Positions 1-11,405 of a stretch of DNA of 64,000 bases are shown piece after piece (position 1 is the stretch's first letter; each line of letters begins with the position of its first letter). A model generated the notes under the pieces. The model ran no database searches and was not told the origin of the DNA. It saw nothing but the letters and a program-made list of their open reading frames with translations. This DNA comes from Phoronis australis (lineage: Eukaryota > Animalia > Phoronida): assembly GCA_002633005.1 (NCBI GenBank), contig NMRA01000298.1, positions 349,474 through 413,473 of the forward strand, read 5' to 3'. A program made the position numbers and the translations under genes.

Positions 1-876
1 TAAACTCGTAACTCATCCCGCTGTCCTCCAATATGGCCGACGCGATCCAAACAAAGTGACCCAAATTTCGCCACAAAACTTGCAATAACTTTACAGTGCT
101 TGCCCCGATTTTGATACTTTTTCGATTTTTACTGAGTAGAATGTACTACCTTTCCGATGATAGCAAAGTACTTTTTCAAAACGATGAAAAAATAAAACTG
201 AAAAAAATAGGTTCGACCCATATTGGTTCCTAGGTTCGACCGGCCTACGTAAGGAACTAAACACCAACGCTATTTTAACATACTAAGGACGCGTAACATT
301 CCAACAAAATCAACGACCACAAACTACAAACTATGAATACACTACATATGCAAACGAATCACGATATATTACTAATAAAACAATATAATCAAGACTTTTC
401 GAGCAAGCCATGGCACATTCAGTTACAAGGAAAAAATGGCGGCGTTCAGGACAAGTTCCTGAACTGATGAGCCGGAAATGTGGGTACGGAAATAACCGAT
501 GACAACCAGTAATCATACGCTCAGAGAAAAGGGTCAAATACGGTTGAAAAAATCGCTTTTGGCAAGAAATGCGAAAAGAATGTAAAGAAAGGGTGTCGAA
601 AATAAGATTTTATGTAGCAAGTATTTTCGGATACTGGAACCACATGGGCAGTTTGCAACAAGGACTTTAACTGATGCCAAGGAACTCAGGTCACGGAAAT
701 AGACGGAAATAGTCGATGATTTTGTGATCTCTGCTGAGGTATAAATTTGTGCTTAAAAAGGGTTTTTAGTTGGATAACAGGGCAGAAGTAAACAGTATAG
801 CCTGTTACACATTACTTAATTTGGTATAACTTTTGGAGTTTTTGAACTAGATTTAGCCTTTGAGATAAGGACTTAA

Positions 877-2533
877 AGGAGAATGCCACCCGATTTAAGT
901 AGTCTTTTTTGCCGTCTTAATCGGTCTATATCCATATCGCCTCGCATACGGTCGACCTTACCTTGCCAAGAGGTGTCGCGTAAACCTGTGAGGAAGGTGA
1001 GAAACAACGCTAGCGACGTCAATGCTTCATATGCAGATTGAATGCCGCTATGTTACGGTGCATCGTTCCCGCTTGTCCGAACTAAGCAGCTGCGAGGAAA
1101 GCGTATATATCGTTTTTTTTTACTTTCTCGGGAGTCCGAAATGCTTAGGAAGTGGCTCATGGTAGTGAAGAATGAAATGTACGCCGTAAAAAGTAAGTAT
1201 GAGGCCGTGAAACATCTCCGTGTCTGTGGCCTGCAGACGTACAGTGCCTGACGAATGCTGGCTTACCAAATAACTCCATACGTTCCGTTATCTGAGCTTG
1301 TTCACGGCGCCTCTCTAGTATTTTTTCATCACTGTATTCCTGATAGAATTGATAGCCTGTAAAACTTAACGATCCACCAGCGAAGTCGGGACTGATGAGC
1401 TCTAGCTCGTCCTAAATCGGGATTGCGAGTTGCTACGTTGGCGTTTAATACTGAGCGTTCTGTTTCAAAATGAATTATTCTCTCCTAACCAATACTGGAA
1501 CTGAAACAAAGTCTGTCTCATTAGATGCAATTTGTAATGCCTTTGGAGTGTTCGTGAGTGCAAATGATTTGAGAAGCCAGCAATGAATAAATCATTGCGT
1601 TACCGGCTTTAGGTGCAATAAAACTAATTGACGGGACACCGAGGCCGCGTGAGCTCAGCTAATTTAGTGTTTGCTGGCAGAAACTGTTGTGAAGCAACTC
1701 GATTTCCATCCCACAGCGAGGTGTTACGGGAATCTTTATTTACATTTACATTACTCAAATAACGATTGTCAATGCACAACTTCTGCCCTGACGGTGCTGT
1801 GGCCAAAGCGGAACCTGAATTCGCGGCCCCAGATGAGTAAGTAGATTTGCAGTTTCGTGGTAATTCACCAACTTAATTACGTGCACATTACTTTGGCTCA
1901 CTAGTATAGTATTTTCTTGACTGGTAATTTAGTTTCCACTGAACTTTGACTGGTTTATGTTCGTGATGTCTGATCAGTTCTGGATAACGAGTCAATCCGG
2001 CCAGGCCGCGACGGGCCTGATCGGGCTCCGAGCCACTGGCCAGGATAACAAGCGTTTTGTGTTTAGAACTCAAAAAATCACAAGTCTAAACAACACAGAT
2101 TTAGGTTCTCCTGTCTGTATCTCACGGAAAATACTTCGAAATTATCTTCGAACAGACCCCAAACTCCTGCTAAGGACCTTATTGGCCTGCTGAACTTTGT
2201 AGGCTGTGATGTATCCAAATACCAATAAATCCGTAAGAGCGAAATAAAACAACACTTTTTTATGAGAACTCGGTGTATTTTTAAGGGTTTTACATCGACG
2301 TTTGATGATTTATAGGTGTTAAACGATGACTTCAAGCGATAAGCTGACACCAGTAACCCGTGTTGTGAACTGCTGAACAGACTGCGTGTGAAACCGAGGA
2401 CGTCATTGGATAATTTCAACATCTACATCTGCCGTCAGGTGTCAGGTAACGCAACCGTACGTGTCGTTATGGAGTAGAACTACTCGATCTAAATTGATTC
2501 AAATTAGGTTGTTTTTTGGGGTGGCATGCTCCT
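877..2533. mobile_element. Kolobok-like DNA transposon, non-autonomous/degenerate
   Basis: TIRs AGGAGAATGCCACCC (877) / GGGTGGCATGCTCCT (ends 2533), each flanked by TTAA (873-876, 2534-2537). RR...YY termini with a TTAA TSD fit Kolobok, and there is an internal THAP-like remnant. Confidence 0.7.
1042..1290 (+). pseudogene. degenerate THAP zinc-finger of the transposase
   Basis: ORF MPLCY...GKRIYRFF...LRKWL..VKNE...LRVCGLQ follows the THAP pattern (M-x-x-C...F..(P)...W...VC..H) with several key residues lost. An AVPTIF-like remnant (LPNNSIRSVI) follows. Confidence 0.5.
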
Positions 2534-2924
2534 TTAAATCAGTTTTGCTGTGTCACTTGGCCAGTCAGTTTGGTTTCCGTTTCGTAATAGGTAAGCCTAC
2601 GTGTATCTTTCTATTTTGAAGGCCAGTCCAATCTAATGAGATTTTTAACTAATTAATTAAATACCATATCTAATAATGTTTGAACATGTCAAAAGTACCG
2701 TTGCTTGAACTGTCAATTTTGTAGTTTCCTCTGCAAAAGAGTCTTGACTCAAGGCTTTTTAACAAATATCTAACTCGGGTTACAACATGTCGGTCAGACA
2801 GATCACCTGGTACAAACTGCTAGTCTTAAGAAAAACAATACGAGGTTTTCGAGTAATTTAGAAAGATACATAGATGCGCTTTAAGAGCATACAGATTCAC
2901 CTTACGACTAGACTATTTACTCAC

Positions 2925-3031
2925 AATCGCTCCGACATGCCCACTGTCGATTCCGTTGTTCACCGCCCACCACCGCCACTGGTGAAAGTTGTACTCGGGT
3001 AGTCGCTGGATGCTACCGTCACGTGTCACAA
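2925..3031 (-). CDS. CTHRC1-domain/FN2 gene exon; start of third CTHRC1-type domain (VVTRDGSIQRLPEYNFHQWRWWAVNNGIDSGHVGAI)
   Basis: Polypyrimidine-CAG acceptor and GTGAGT donor; phase 1 to 0, matching the upstream exon. Resembles CTHRC1 [20 protein letters not shown]. Confidence 0.75.
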
Positions 3032-3342
3032 CTGGTGGAAAAAAATAAAATACAATGTGCTAGGCATTCCTACAAATAATAAGAAACACTCGCAGAAGCC
3101 CGACGACGTAACATACCAGATACCCCCATGTTTCTCATAATTGTATATGTATCTACACTGTAAAGGATCTCAAATTAGGCAATAAAAAATTCTGTGACAG
3201 TATATGTTTGAACACTCAACGAAACAGCTTTTTGCGGTCCATGGCGTATTTCTACCTACGTTGTGTAATAAACGCCAAGCAAAGGACCACCAAAACATGT
3301 CCTTGCAGAGTTTAAAACTCGACTTCATTTTAACATCGGTAC

Positions 3343-3495
3343 CTGCACTGATGTCAAGGTCATAACGAATCTCCTCCACGATGATTTTACTTCTGGCGTT
3401 CCAGCCCGTGTAGCCATCGATTGAACCTGACTTTCTGGCAATGTGAATCTGAATGGATCTCCGTCCTGCTGCGATGTTATCGCACAAGCCTTCAA
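3343..3495 (-). CDS. CTHRC1-domain/FN2 gene exon; end of second CTHRC1-type domain (IEGLCDNIAAGRRSIQIHIARKSGSIDGYTGWNARSKIIVEEI)
   Basis: AG/GT boundaries, phase 1 to 1. Matches CTHRC1 C-terminus VEGLCEGIGAG...DASTGWNSVSRIIIEE. Confidence 0.85.
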
Positions 3496-4540
3496 CTGCC
3501 AGAACAAATAGAAATCATAAATTTTGGGATAAAATTGCTTACGTGTTTCATGGTGTCTTTAGAGTTCCAGAGAAGTTGGAAATGTTGCTGTCTAGAGGCA
3601 TCTCAGTTAAACGGACCCTCAGTTTTCTTATATCATAGAGCCCCGAAAGACCACAGCGGTGGATGCAATGTTACTCGATTGGTGAAAGACGGAATACCTT
3701 TTACGTCTGATCATCAAACGTCTGGGGAAAACGCCGAATAAAGGACGAATGCTTAGCACTTTAGCACTGCAGTCAAACGATCGAAACATGGGACGTTTTG
3801 AATAGAAGTTTTGGCAGATTTCCCGTCGTATTTCGTTGAAGACATTGCTGATTGTTGTAAAACATTTTCTGCAATAAGGACTTAGCTTTACCGAATTACT
3901 ATGGTAATAAATCCTGTCACGGTAATCTATATTTTACGTTTAGACTGATCTTTGAAGAACACAATAAGCAAACCCTGAGAGAACAAAAAGTCGGACACCA
4001 TGTCGCCACTTGCAGGCTAACCATGTAATGGCTGTCAAATTACAGCAAGTTTACTTTAGTAAATTAGCTGTTAGAAATCAATGAATCTCTATTTAACAAA
4101 ATTACCAGAAAATGTAGTTTGTGTTTAATGAATGCTTTTCTATGAATCAGACCAATGAAAGCCATGTCACTGCAAGGTAAAATGGCTCTTTATTCTCTTG
4201 ACATGTTGCTACATGTAGCACGTGTGGTTTCTGGGTTTGAATTCCTAGTTTCTAAAGAGAAATGAAAATGAAATGGTTATAGATTTTTAGTTGATTCAGG
4301 AGTTTTCATAATAAAGAAAGATTCCATGGGTTCAACTGTTACATGTATAATGTTTTAATGCGATAGTTTATATTGGTCCTACTTGGGATCTAAAGGACGT
4401 CAATTAGTGTTTGCCAGTATGCCTGCCGAAACCTTCATCGAACGTCAGCCATTAGGAGGTGTCCTGAAGCCCTCCTTAAGACGTTCAGGGAGTTAGAAGA
4501 CAAAACAACTTTAACCTACGGTATATTGCCATCCACTTAC

Positions 4541-4742
4541 TTCCTCCGGTTCCATCATGGGTGTGGTCAACAACGTTGGAGTCCGAGTGGGAGTAAATGC
4601 CATCTATGAGGCCAGGGCTTGTACAATCGTGGCCGTCAAAACGAATAAAGTAGCGCAGAGCGCCATGTTTGTAAATGTAGATAGTGGAATGAAACAGAAC
4701 GCGAATGGCCGTGTCGGATGCTCTTTTGTAGTAATAGTACGT
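4541..4742 (-). CDS. CTHRC1-domain/FN2 gene exon; middle of second CTHRC1-type domain (TYYYYKRASDTAIRVLFHS...RYFIRFDGHDCTSPGLIDG)
   Basis: TTTCAG acceptor, GTAAGT donor, phase 0 to 1. Matches CTHRC1 FTKMRSNSALRVLFSG...RWYFTFNGAECSGPLPIE. Confidence 0.85.
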
Positions 4743-6528
4743 CTGAAATACAGCCGGAGACTTTGTGAGGCAACAAATACAGTAATACAAGTTCAAAGTA
4801 TAGGATTACGGTTACCCCAAAAATGACACCCAAGCTTTTTCTCCTTAAATAATTACTTCGGAATAACCACAGGAGCAAAGAATTTTTTTCAATACAAAAC
4901 TAGTGTGAGTAGATCACATTTATACCAAACTGGAAAATGGTAATGCTTTTTTGTGGCCTGTTTAAAATTCGCTTCAAGAACACTTGCAGGCAGGGAGAAA
5001 AGTTGTCGATCACTCAACTACGTTCGTCACTTGAGGTGCATGTTGCTGATGTTAATAGTGGTTCCTCTCGTTAGTTCCTCAATGTTGTTTGGACCATTGG
5101 TATAAATGTCATTCCAAAGAACTTCGTGAATATTCCTTAAGAGAACTCAAATCCCGTGCTGCTGATCTACCATACAAAACCCTAAAAACCTCCCAAACCC
5201 AGTAAGATAAGGCTCAGAATTTGTTAAGAAGCAAAAATTTGGGTTACTAGTCGTCTTATCTCTTGCAGTAGTACGTCTGCGATATACACTGTAGCGCGAG
5301 GCTTTGGCGATGCAACGAACACGGCAATTTAAATTTTTGCTTCTTAAATAAATATTTTTGAAAAGGTCTCTACTAAACTTGTAAACCACCTGGGAAGGAT
5401 GCAAATGGCACCTACTTTGTAAAGGCGATGAAAGATTCATTTTAATTGTATGACATTGCACCAACTAAGAGTGAAATGTCAATGGGCGGTGAGTCGAAGT
5501 TGAAGTAGCCCTAGTGACTAGAAGGGTCTTACCCGAAGGAATGCACACAGTCATGAGATCCTTATTGGACTAACGTCACCATGGTGGTGATGAAACCCTT
5601 CTGCTCTCAAACTATTCCAATGTGTGAGCATCAACCCAGTGAATATCGATATCGGCAAATGGACAATCGATATTCAATATGTGATGGCATGCTCAAACAG
5701 AATCATTACTATTTTTAACATATGAATAGATCAAGAGCATTTCTTACACTATCGCCACCTCGTGAACTTCGAGTTTCCCTTACACCAAACCACGGTATGG
5801 TCCACCATCTTAAATACGTGCATGCACCTAGGTAGAGTGAATACAACTTCAAATCCGTTTCCCAAGTAAGTGAAAGGGAGAGTAAGAGCTATGCAAAACT
5901 TCTCGAACAATATCGACTAGATTGTCGAAAGATTACTATTATGCCATTCCCAAGGCATTCAAAGCTAACGAAATGTCTAGCAGGGCCACCTGTGGTCGAT
6001 TTTGGAGCTCATTTAAAAATGCCGATGATTGTAATATAAATCCGGTCATTTTCAAGGCCAGCCACGTTTTCATTCAGTCCACACCGTGGTCACTGCGTAT
6101 ACTGTTTGTTAGTCGTCGTTACAAACAAAGAAATATTGCAAAATCTTACCTCTGTTGCAATTGCAAATTTTTGCTCTCGCCTATCACCCCGGCATCGGCT
6201 GACCAGCGAAGCCGAGATTTTTGCGATAAGAAAATCTGTGCCCCAACAACCCACCTACATGTAACAATATTCCCTGTAGATGGCAGCAGCGTACCTGTAT
6301 TATTGAACGCTGTTTTCTCCATTTACTCCCTGTTTTAAGATCAACCTGCATTTTATCGTCGGGCTCAATAGATTGCAATGTCATAGCCGGCTTGTTCACT
6401 CTACCTAGTTTTCCACCTGGTGAGTGCACGCGCTATGCGCTTGCTTAACTCGAAACCGTGGACTTGCGCATTGAAAGAGCTAGCGGCTAGTTCAGTCAAC
6501 TGTTGACGTATTTCAATTGCGTGGCCAG

Positions 6529-6929
6529 GGCCCGGTCTCCAATCTTTTTACTCGAAATGGAACTCGAAATTAGGTTTGGCATTTTCTACTCTACTTTTGG
6601 GCGAACTCAAGATAAGTGTCTATTATTTTATGCTTGAGTACACAATAACTTACGTAGATAATTTATTGCCCTTAGTTCACAGTTTGTAAACCCAATATTG
6701 AAGCAATAAGTTCGAGTTTGAACTCGAAATTTCGAGTTTTTACTCGAGTTTGTAGCACGAATATATGGGTCTTCAAGGCCAAACTTGAACTAAAAACTCC
6801 TATGCATAAACTATAATGTGTTCGAGCACAGTCTGATAACCAATTATCTTAAGTTCGCACAAAAGGAGCAGAGAAATTGCCAAAAATAGTTTCGAGTTCG
6901 TTTCGAGTACAAAGATTAGAGACCGGACC
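6529..6929. mobile_element. Harbinger-like MITE (GGCCCGGTCTCCAATCT TIR family), intronic
   Basis: TIR GGCCCGGTCTCCAATCT / AGATTAGAGACCGGACC, flanked by CAG and CTG, with internal ACTCGA repeats. Same family as 54031-55422. Confidence 0.7.
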
Positions 6930-7071
6930 CTGAGCTGTCACCTCTGCTATAGTTCTATGGGTCGCGGAAAAGGCAAAAATAGTGAACACAAAAATCAGAC
7001 CTAACTCTTGATTTTGCCCTTTCCGCGCACTTAGCAACATGTACATGTACTGTAGTTCTCGTTTCCACCGA

Positions 7072-7205
7072 CAGAATTGAATTTCCAAACACGGTTGATT
7101 TTTGCGAATTAGGATTAATTTTTATTAATTAGGATTCATTTTCCAAACAGGATTGATTTTTATGAATTAAGTTTGATTTTAACGAATTAGTTTTGATTTT
7201 TCTAT
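7072..7205. repeat. degenerate ~20-bp tandem repeat (GAATTAGGATTGATTTTT-like)
   Basis: About 6 imperfect units visible. Confidence 0.55.
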
Positions 7206-7292
7206 TAACTATTCCTTGTCCTTTCCACAGACAATATCGTTCACTTGAAGCAGGCGCTCAGCTCACAGCTTTCCGTCTGCGGTGGTGCTTAC

Positions 7293-7375
7293 ATAGATAT
7301 GACCGTTGTCTGCTCCATTCACACCAGTCCACGTGTATTGTTTGATGTTGAATCTGGATAATTTCGGACAAGTTC
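7293..7375 (-). CDS. CTHRC1-domain/FN2 gene exon; start of second CTHRC1-type domain (GTCPKLSRFNIKQYTWTGVNGADNGHIY)
   Basis: TTTTAG acceptor, GTAAGC donor, phase 1 to 0. N-x-KQ-x-x-W...D-x-G-x-I motif as in CTHRC1. Confidence 0.8.
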
Positions 7376-8669
7376 CTAAAATGAAAATTCAAGTTGTTTG
7401 CTAAAAGTTTCTAACTTAAAGGTTGTATGGAAACGTTGTTCTCATCTAAATTATGAATGTAACAATCGTGAAATGCGATTATAAACATGATTAATATTAC
7501 CTAGGCGCACTTAGACACGTACCTCACAAAGCAAGGTAGGCGGGATCAAGGGAGAGGACGGGACGAGAATATTCTGGAGACGAGGGCAAACGGCAACGGG
7601 AATAGAAGGAGAGAGGGAGAACGGAGAAGACACAGGGAGTGCGCTGTAAAACATTGAGGTCTACAATGTAAATGCATATAAAATTTATATATGTCGATTC
7701 ATAGATGAATTTTGTCGCTTGTCTGCATGCAGCTACATGTATCTGACAGGTTAAACCAAGGATTGCTTTTGAAAATATGGGCTAAAACTGGATGAGATAA
7801 TTGTGGTCTTAAACCAACTTGCCTGTTAGGCGCGGAGTTTCAAAATCAAAACACGAACAATAAGAAAAGCAAAGGGCCAAAAAACGACTTTAAAATTAAA
7901 AAGTAAATAGTAGCCGTCTTTTAAAGTCAATGCATTATAAGACAAATTAAAGAATACTAGGTTTTCTTCAGCATCGCGGTTAAACCACGAACATTAAATT
8001 GTTAATAGATTGGAACCGGTTAGTTATAGTCTGTCTTAGGCTTGCTTTGTCATTGGGGTTACAAAACCCCCGCATGGTAGCATAGGAGTTCTCTAATGCT
8101 ACCAGCCCCACCCTACATCGTCGCAAAATTTTGCCGTCAGTGAGGCTTTTGATTTGTTTCATGGTAATTCCGTTGTTCGTAAAACTGTGAAGGATTCGGA
8201 CATTTATCACTATTGCGTGGGAGCTGCCCCGCACCACCCCCCAACCCCCTACTTCCCATCCTTGTGGTCTTCATGATTGAGGTCGCTCTTATCCCTCTTC
8301 CTGTCCCCCGATAGTTTGATATCGTACGGCTACATTCCTTTGCAGCGCCGTGACGTGACAGGAGTGAAGCTGCCTGTTTCAACGCCATGACAGCAGGAAG
8401 TTATGATGCGGACGCCATTAAGCATGATTTGATCTTGCGATGTCACTAATAATAATGATGTATTGAACGTTTTCATGCCGGGACGGAGGAGTGAGATCTT
8501 CATTAAACAGCAGAGCCTGTTGCGCCAGAATGGCGTTGAGTGGATTGTCCGAGTGCTTGGACTTGCCATTTTAACGCCTCTAGCTAAACCAAGGCATTAC
8601 ACATGTAGATAATGAAATGTGCAGCAAAGCATATAGCTTTGATCAACGCTGCTGTTATATGCTCCTTAC

Positions 8670-8837
8670 CCGGGCACTGTCCCCATCTCCCATCGTTGTC
8701 GTAGTTAGAAGTGGTCGCGCACCACGGTTGATTGTGATCCGCCTCAATGCACGCACTGTACGACATGCCTTTGTAAACGAAGGGGAACGTGCACGATGAG
8801 CCACCGGCATTGCCACCGTATGTTGGCAGGTTAGTAT
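8670..8837 (-). CDS. fibronectin type II domain exon (PTYGGNAGGSSCTFPFVYKGMSYSACIEADHNQPWCATTSNYDNDGRWGQC)
   Basis: Canonical FN2 consensus (C-x-FPF-x-Y...Y..C...WCATT.NYD.D..WG.C) in a symmetric phase 1-1 exon with AG/GT. Confidence 0.92.
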
Positions 8838-9371
8838 CTGTGAAAAGTGATGTATCAATACGTTTTGTGAAGTAGTCTACTTTAAGATGAAAATCGTTTT
8901 GATATACATGTAGTTGGATTATTTACAATTAAATTGGCTAAGCTTGTATCGCAATCACGTTTTTTCCTATTTGTTTTTGAATTGTTGAGTTTCAGATCAG
9001 CTATGAGGAGAACATTCATGAAGCTGAACTCATTATCGTGGTGTCACGTGTACATGAGAATGGTTGGTGTCGGTTTAAAACCGTTTTAGCCGGATGATGG
9101 CACGACAAGCACACGAGCCTAGACCCGGACAATTTGATTAGACTCACGTTTTTCAACAATGATGATATCCATTGGTCTTCGGGAGGTTTTAAAAACATGC
9201 TTCCCTGCTCTCCTTGCTTTAGTTTTTGTCAGTAGCGGGACGTTTTACACATGGAGAAATTGTTGTATAAAGCAATTAATGTTGGCAGCCACTTCGCCCT
9301 ATTTGCTGTGAGGACATACATGTGCATGTACCACGTGACTGCGTTACGCGATAAGGACAAGTGCCACTCAC

Positions 9372-9527
9372 CGAAAGATCGTCTCAGGTCATTTTCTTCT
9401 ACAGTCATGGACACACCGTTGCCATTCCAGCCTGTATGACCATCCACCACATTGTATCCACTGCATGTACCGATACGGAACTTGACCACGATGTCACCGG
9501 ACATTGGTAAATCACAGATACCATCAA
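9372..9527 (-). CDS. CTHRC1-domain/FN2 gene exon; end of first CTHRC1-type domain (VDGICDLPMSGDIVVKFRIGTCSGYNVVDGHTGWNGNGVSMTVEE)
   Basis: AG/GTGAGT boundaries, phase 1 to 1. Matches CTHRC1 VEGLC...VGTCSDY..GDASTGWN....IEE. Confidence 0.88.
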
Positions 9528-9696
9528 CTGAAATTGCGAAAGCAGACAGATAAAAGATGTAATAACAGAACAATAGCTGGATGGGTACCATTGTCTTACC
9601 GATCAAACTGCTGACGTAAATCGATACAGGTGACGACAATAATCCATCCAAAATTCTTTCAGTTGCAACACAGATGCAAACATATTAGACTCTCAC

Positions 9697-9895
9697 CGTT
9701 GGCAGGGCGATAATCATCCCTTGCTTTGCCTTTGTACCACACTATCTCAATCTTCCCAGGCGAGGAACATTCTTGGTCGTTGAAAGTGAAGTACCAGCGA
9801 ACGCAGCAACCTCCGCAGTTGTACCCAGCACGAACTATACCTCGGAAACGAACCCTCAATGAGGTGAAAGAGTATTGTTTCTTGAAAGTTCTTGT
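9697..9895 (-). CDS. CTHRC1-domain/FN2 gene exon; middle of first CTHRC1-type domain (TRTFKKQYSFTSLRVRFRG...CGGCCVRWYFTFNDQECSSPGKIE)
   Basis: Contains the hallmark CC-x-RWYFTFN-x-x-EC-x-x-P of CTHRC1; TTTCAG/GTGAG boundaries, phase 0 to 1. Confidence 0.9.
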
Positions 9896-10186
9896 CTGAA
9901 ACACAGGGGTAGTACAGCGTACGTTTCCATAGAGCGCACAACAGCGGTACCCTCAGGCAAGCTAGTTTCTCCCAATACTGGGAGGAATTGAACTACACTT
10001 TGACAGAGAGTCACATCAGAATACTTGTCCTCTTAAAAAGGGGCCCAGTTGTAGCGAGTTTCCATGAAAGTGTCCCGGATGATAGGGTTTTATTTTCAAA
10101 AGATCATCTTTTTGTTAATTATACTTCTAGATAATGTCGAATTTCGTCATACTTTTGCCGCAAAAAATCATGAGTGTCCAACTTAC

Positions 10187-10253
10187 CATTTCTTTTCCAC
10201 TAGAATCCTTTTCAATTCTACTTAATCCACGACTGGTGTTTGTGCACTACGGG
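10187..10253 (-). CDS. probable exon for the start of the first CTHRC1-type domain (acceptor uncertain, possibly disrupted)
   Basis: Strong GTAAGT donor in phase 0 (...KDSSGKEM). The motif-like PVVHKHQSW lies in a different frame, and the acceptor is ambiguous. Confidence 0.4.
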
Positions 10254-10384
10254 CTGTCAAAACCCTGGCATTACTGTGCACACCCTGTAGTAAGCGACTT
10301 CATGCAATAATGCCAAGCTACTCTCTCACTAAAGTTGGACCGAAACACTATTTTGATCATATTTGTTTTAGACCAAAACAGAAG

Positions 10385-10655
10385 CACGAACTTTAAAATT
10401 AGCTCGTACGTAAATAAAGATATGTTGATCTGACGTTTCGGTTTAAAACTTTAAACCATTCTCAAGGCATGTGTTCACATAACCTAACAGGCTACACAGG
10501 TGCAAAACGTGACGCTTACCTGTGCAGTTTTTCACCTGTGTCACCTGTTTGATTATGTGAACTGTTGCCTTGAGAATGGTTTAAAGTAATGAAAAGGAAG
10601 GAAACATCGGATCAACATGTCTTTATTTACGTACGCGCTAATTTTAAAGTTCGTG
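10385..10655. repeat. ~270-bp inverted repeat made of two Penelope-type terminal repeat fragments with hammerhead-like cores
   Basis: Arms CACGAACTTTAAAATTAGC... / ...GCTAATTTTAAAGTTCGTG pair over more than 100 nt. Each arm carries TTGAGAATGGTTTAAA...GAAAC. Confidence 0.65.
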
Positions 10656-11405
10656 AAACACTATATTATTGCGACAGCTTTTCGTCTAAACTTCCTGGTA
10701 TTCCGACGAATAGTTTATCCAAGCTTGGCATAATCCGACAAAGTTGTCTCGAGGTGTCTACAGCGTAACTTCAGGAAGCCCCGCGGGGTTTTACGAACAA
10801 CTGATGCAGAATTTTAACTCATTAAGATCGAAGCAGTTAAACATACGTCATGTTGTCACAAATTACCAGAAGTTCCAAAATAAATATTAAAAACCCTCTG
10901 TAAAGTCATTCATAAAGAATTTGTTAAATCCACGACACTTTTCATTGTTCACAGTCTTTATGCCGTTACGTTCGTACTTTCGGAACAAAATTCTACTCTC
11001 AACTGAACTTAAATACAGTAACTGACCTAGCAACATAATTAAAAGACACACGATATTTCGAAACACACTTGTTTCATTCTCAAGTGAAGATAAAACGACG
11101 CAGTAATGCCACCACAGAATATAAGCTGATGACACACACTGTGAGACACGGCGGGTGTGAAATACTGCCAAGAATGACTAATGAAGAGGGGTAACAGGAA
11201 CGTCACGCAAACAAGTGTAACGTGCGGTGCGACCCTGTTTGCTGCTTATTCAAAACAGGTTTCTCAAAAGCAATTAAAAGAGACTCTTATACTTTCAAAC
11301 GCAGCACATCTTACTCCACGTAGCGAATTGACGTGTTTTCCACAATTTCTTGACGGCTGATTTTACGTGCGTGATATTGCAGAAAATGATCCATTTTGAA
11401 AATGC

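Noticed and set aside
241-253. CGGCCTACGTAAG shared with 27692-27704 as a possible element terminus
   Set aside because: Only a 13-bp match; no partner end or TSD is visible in the window.
460-485. CTGATGAG...GAAA hammerhead-like motif (also CTGATGAG near 1393)
   Set aside because: No stem II or stem I pairing at 464, and no GAAA core at 1393.
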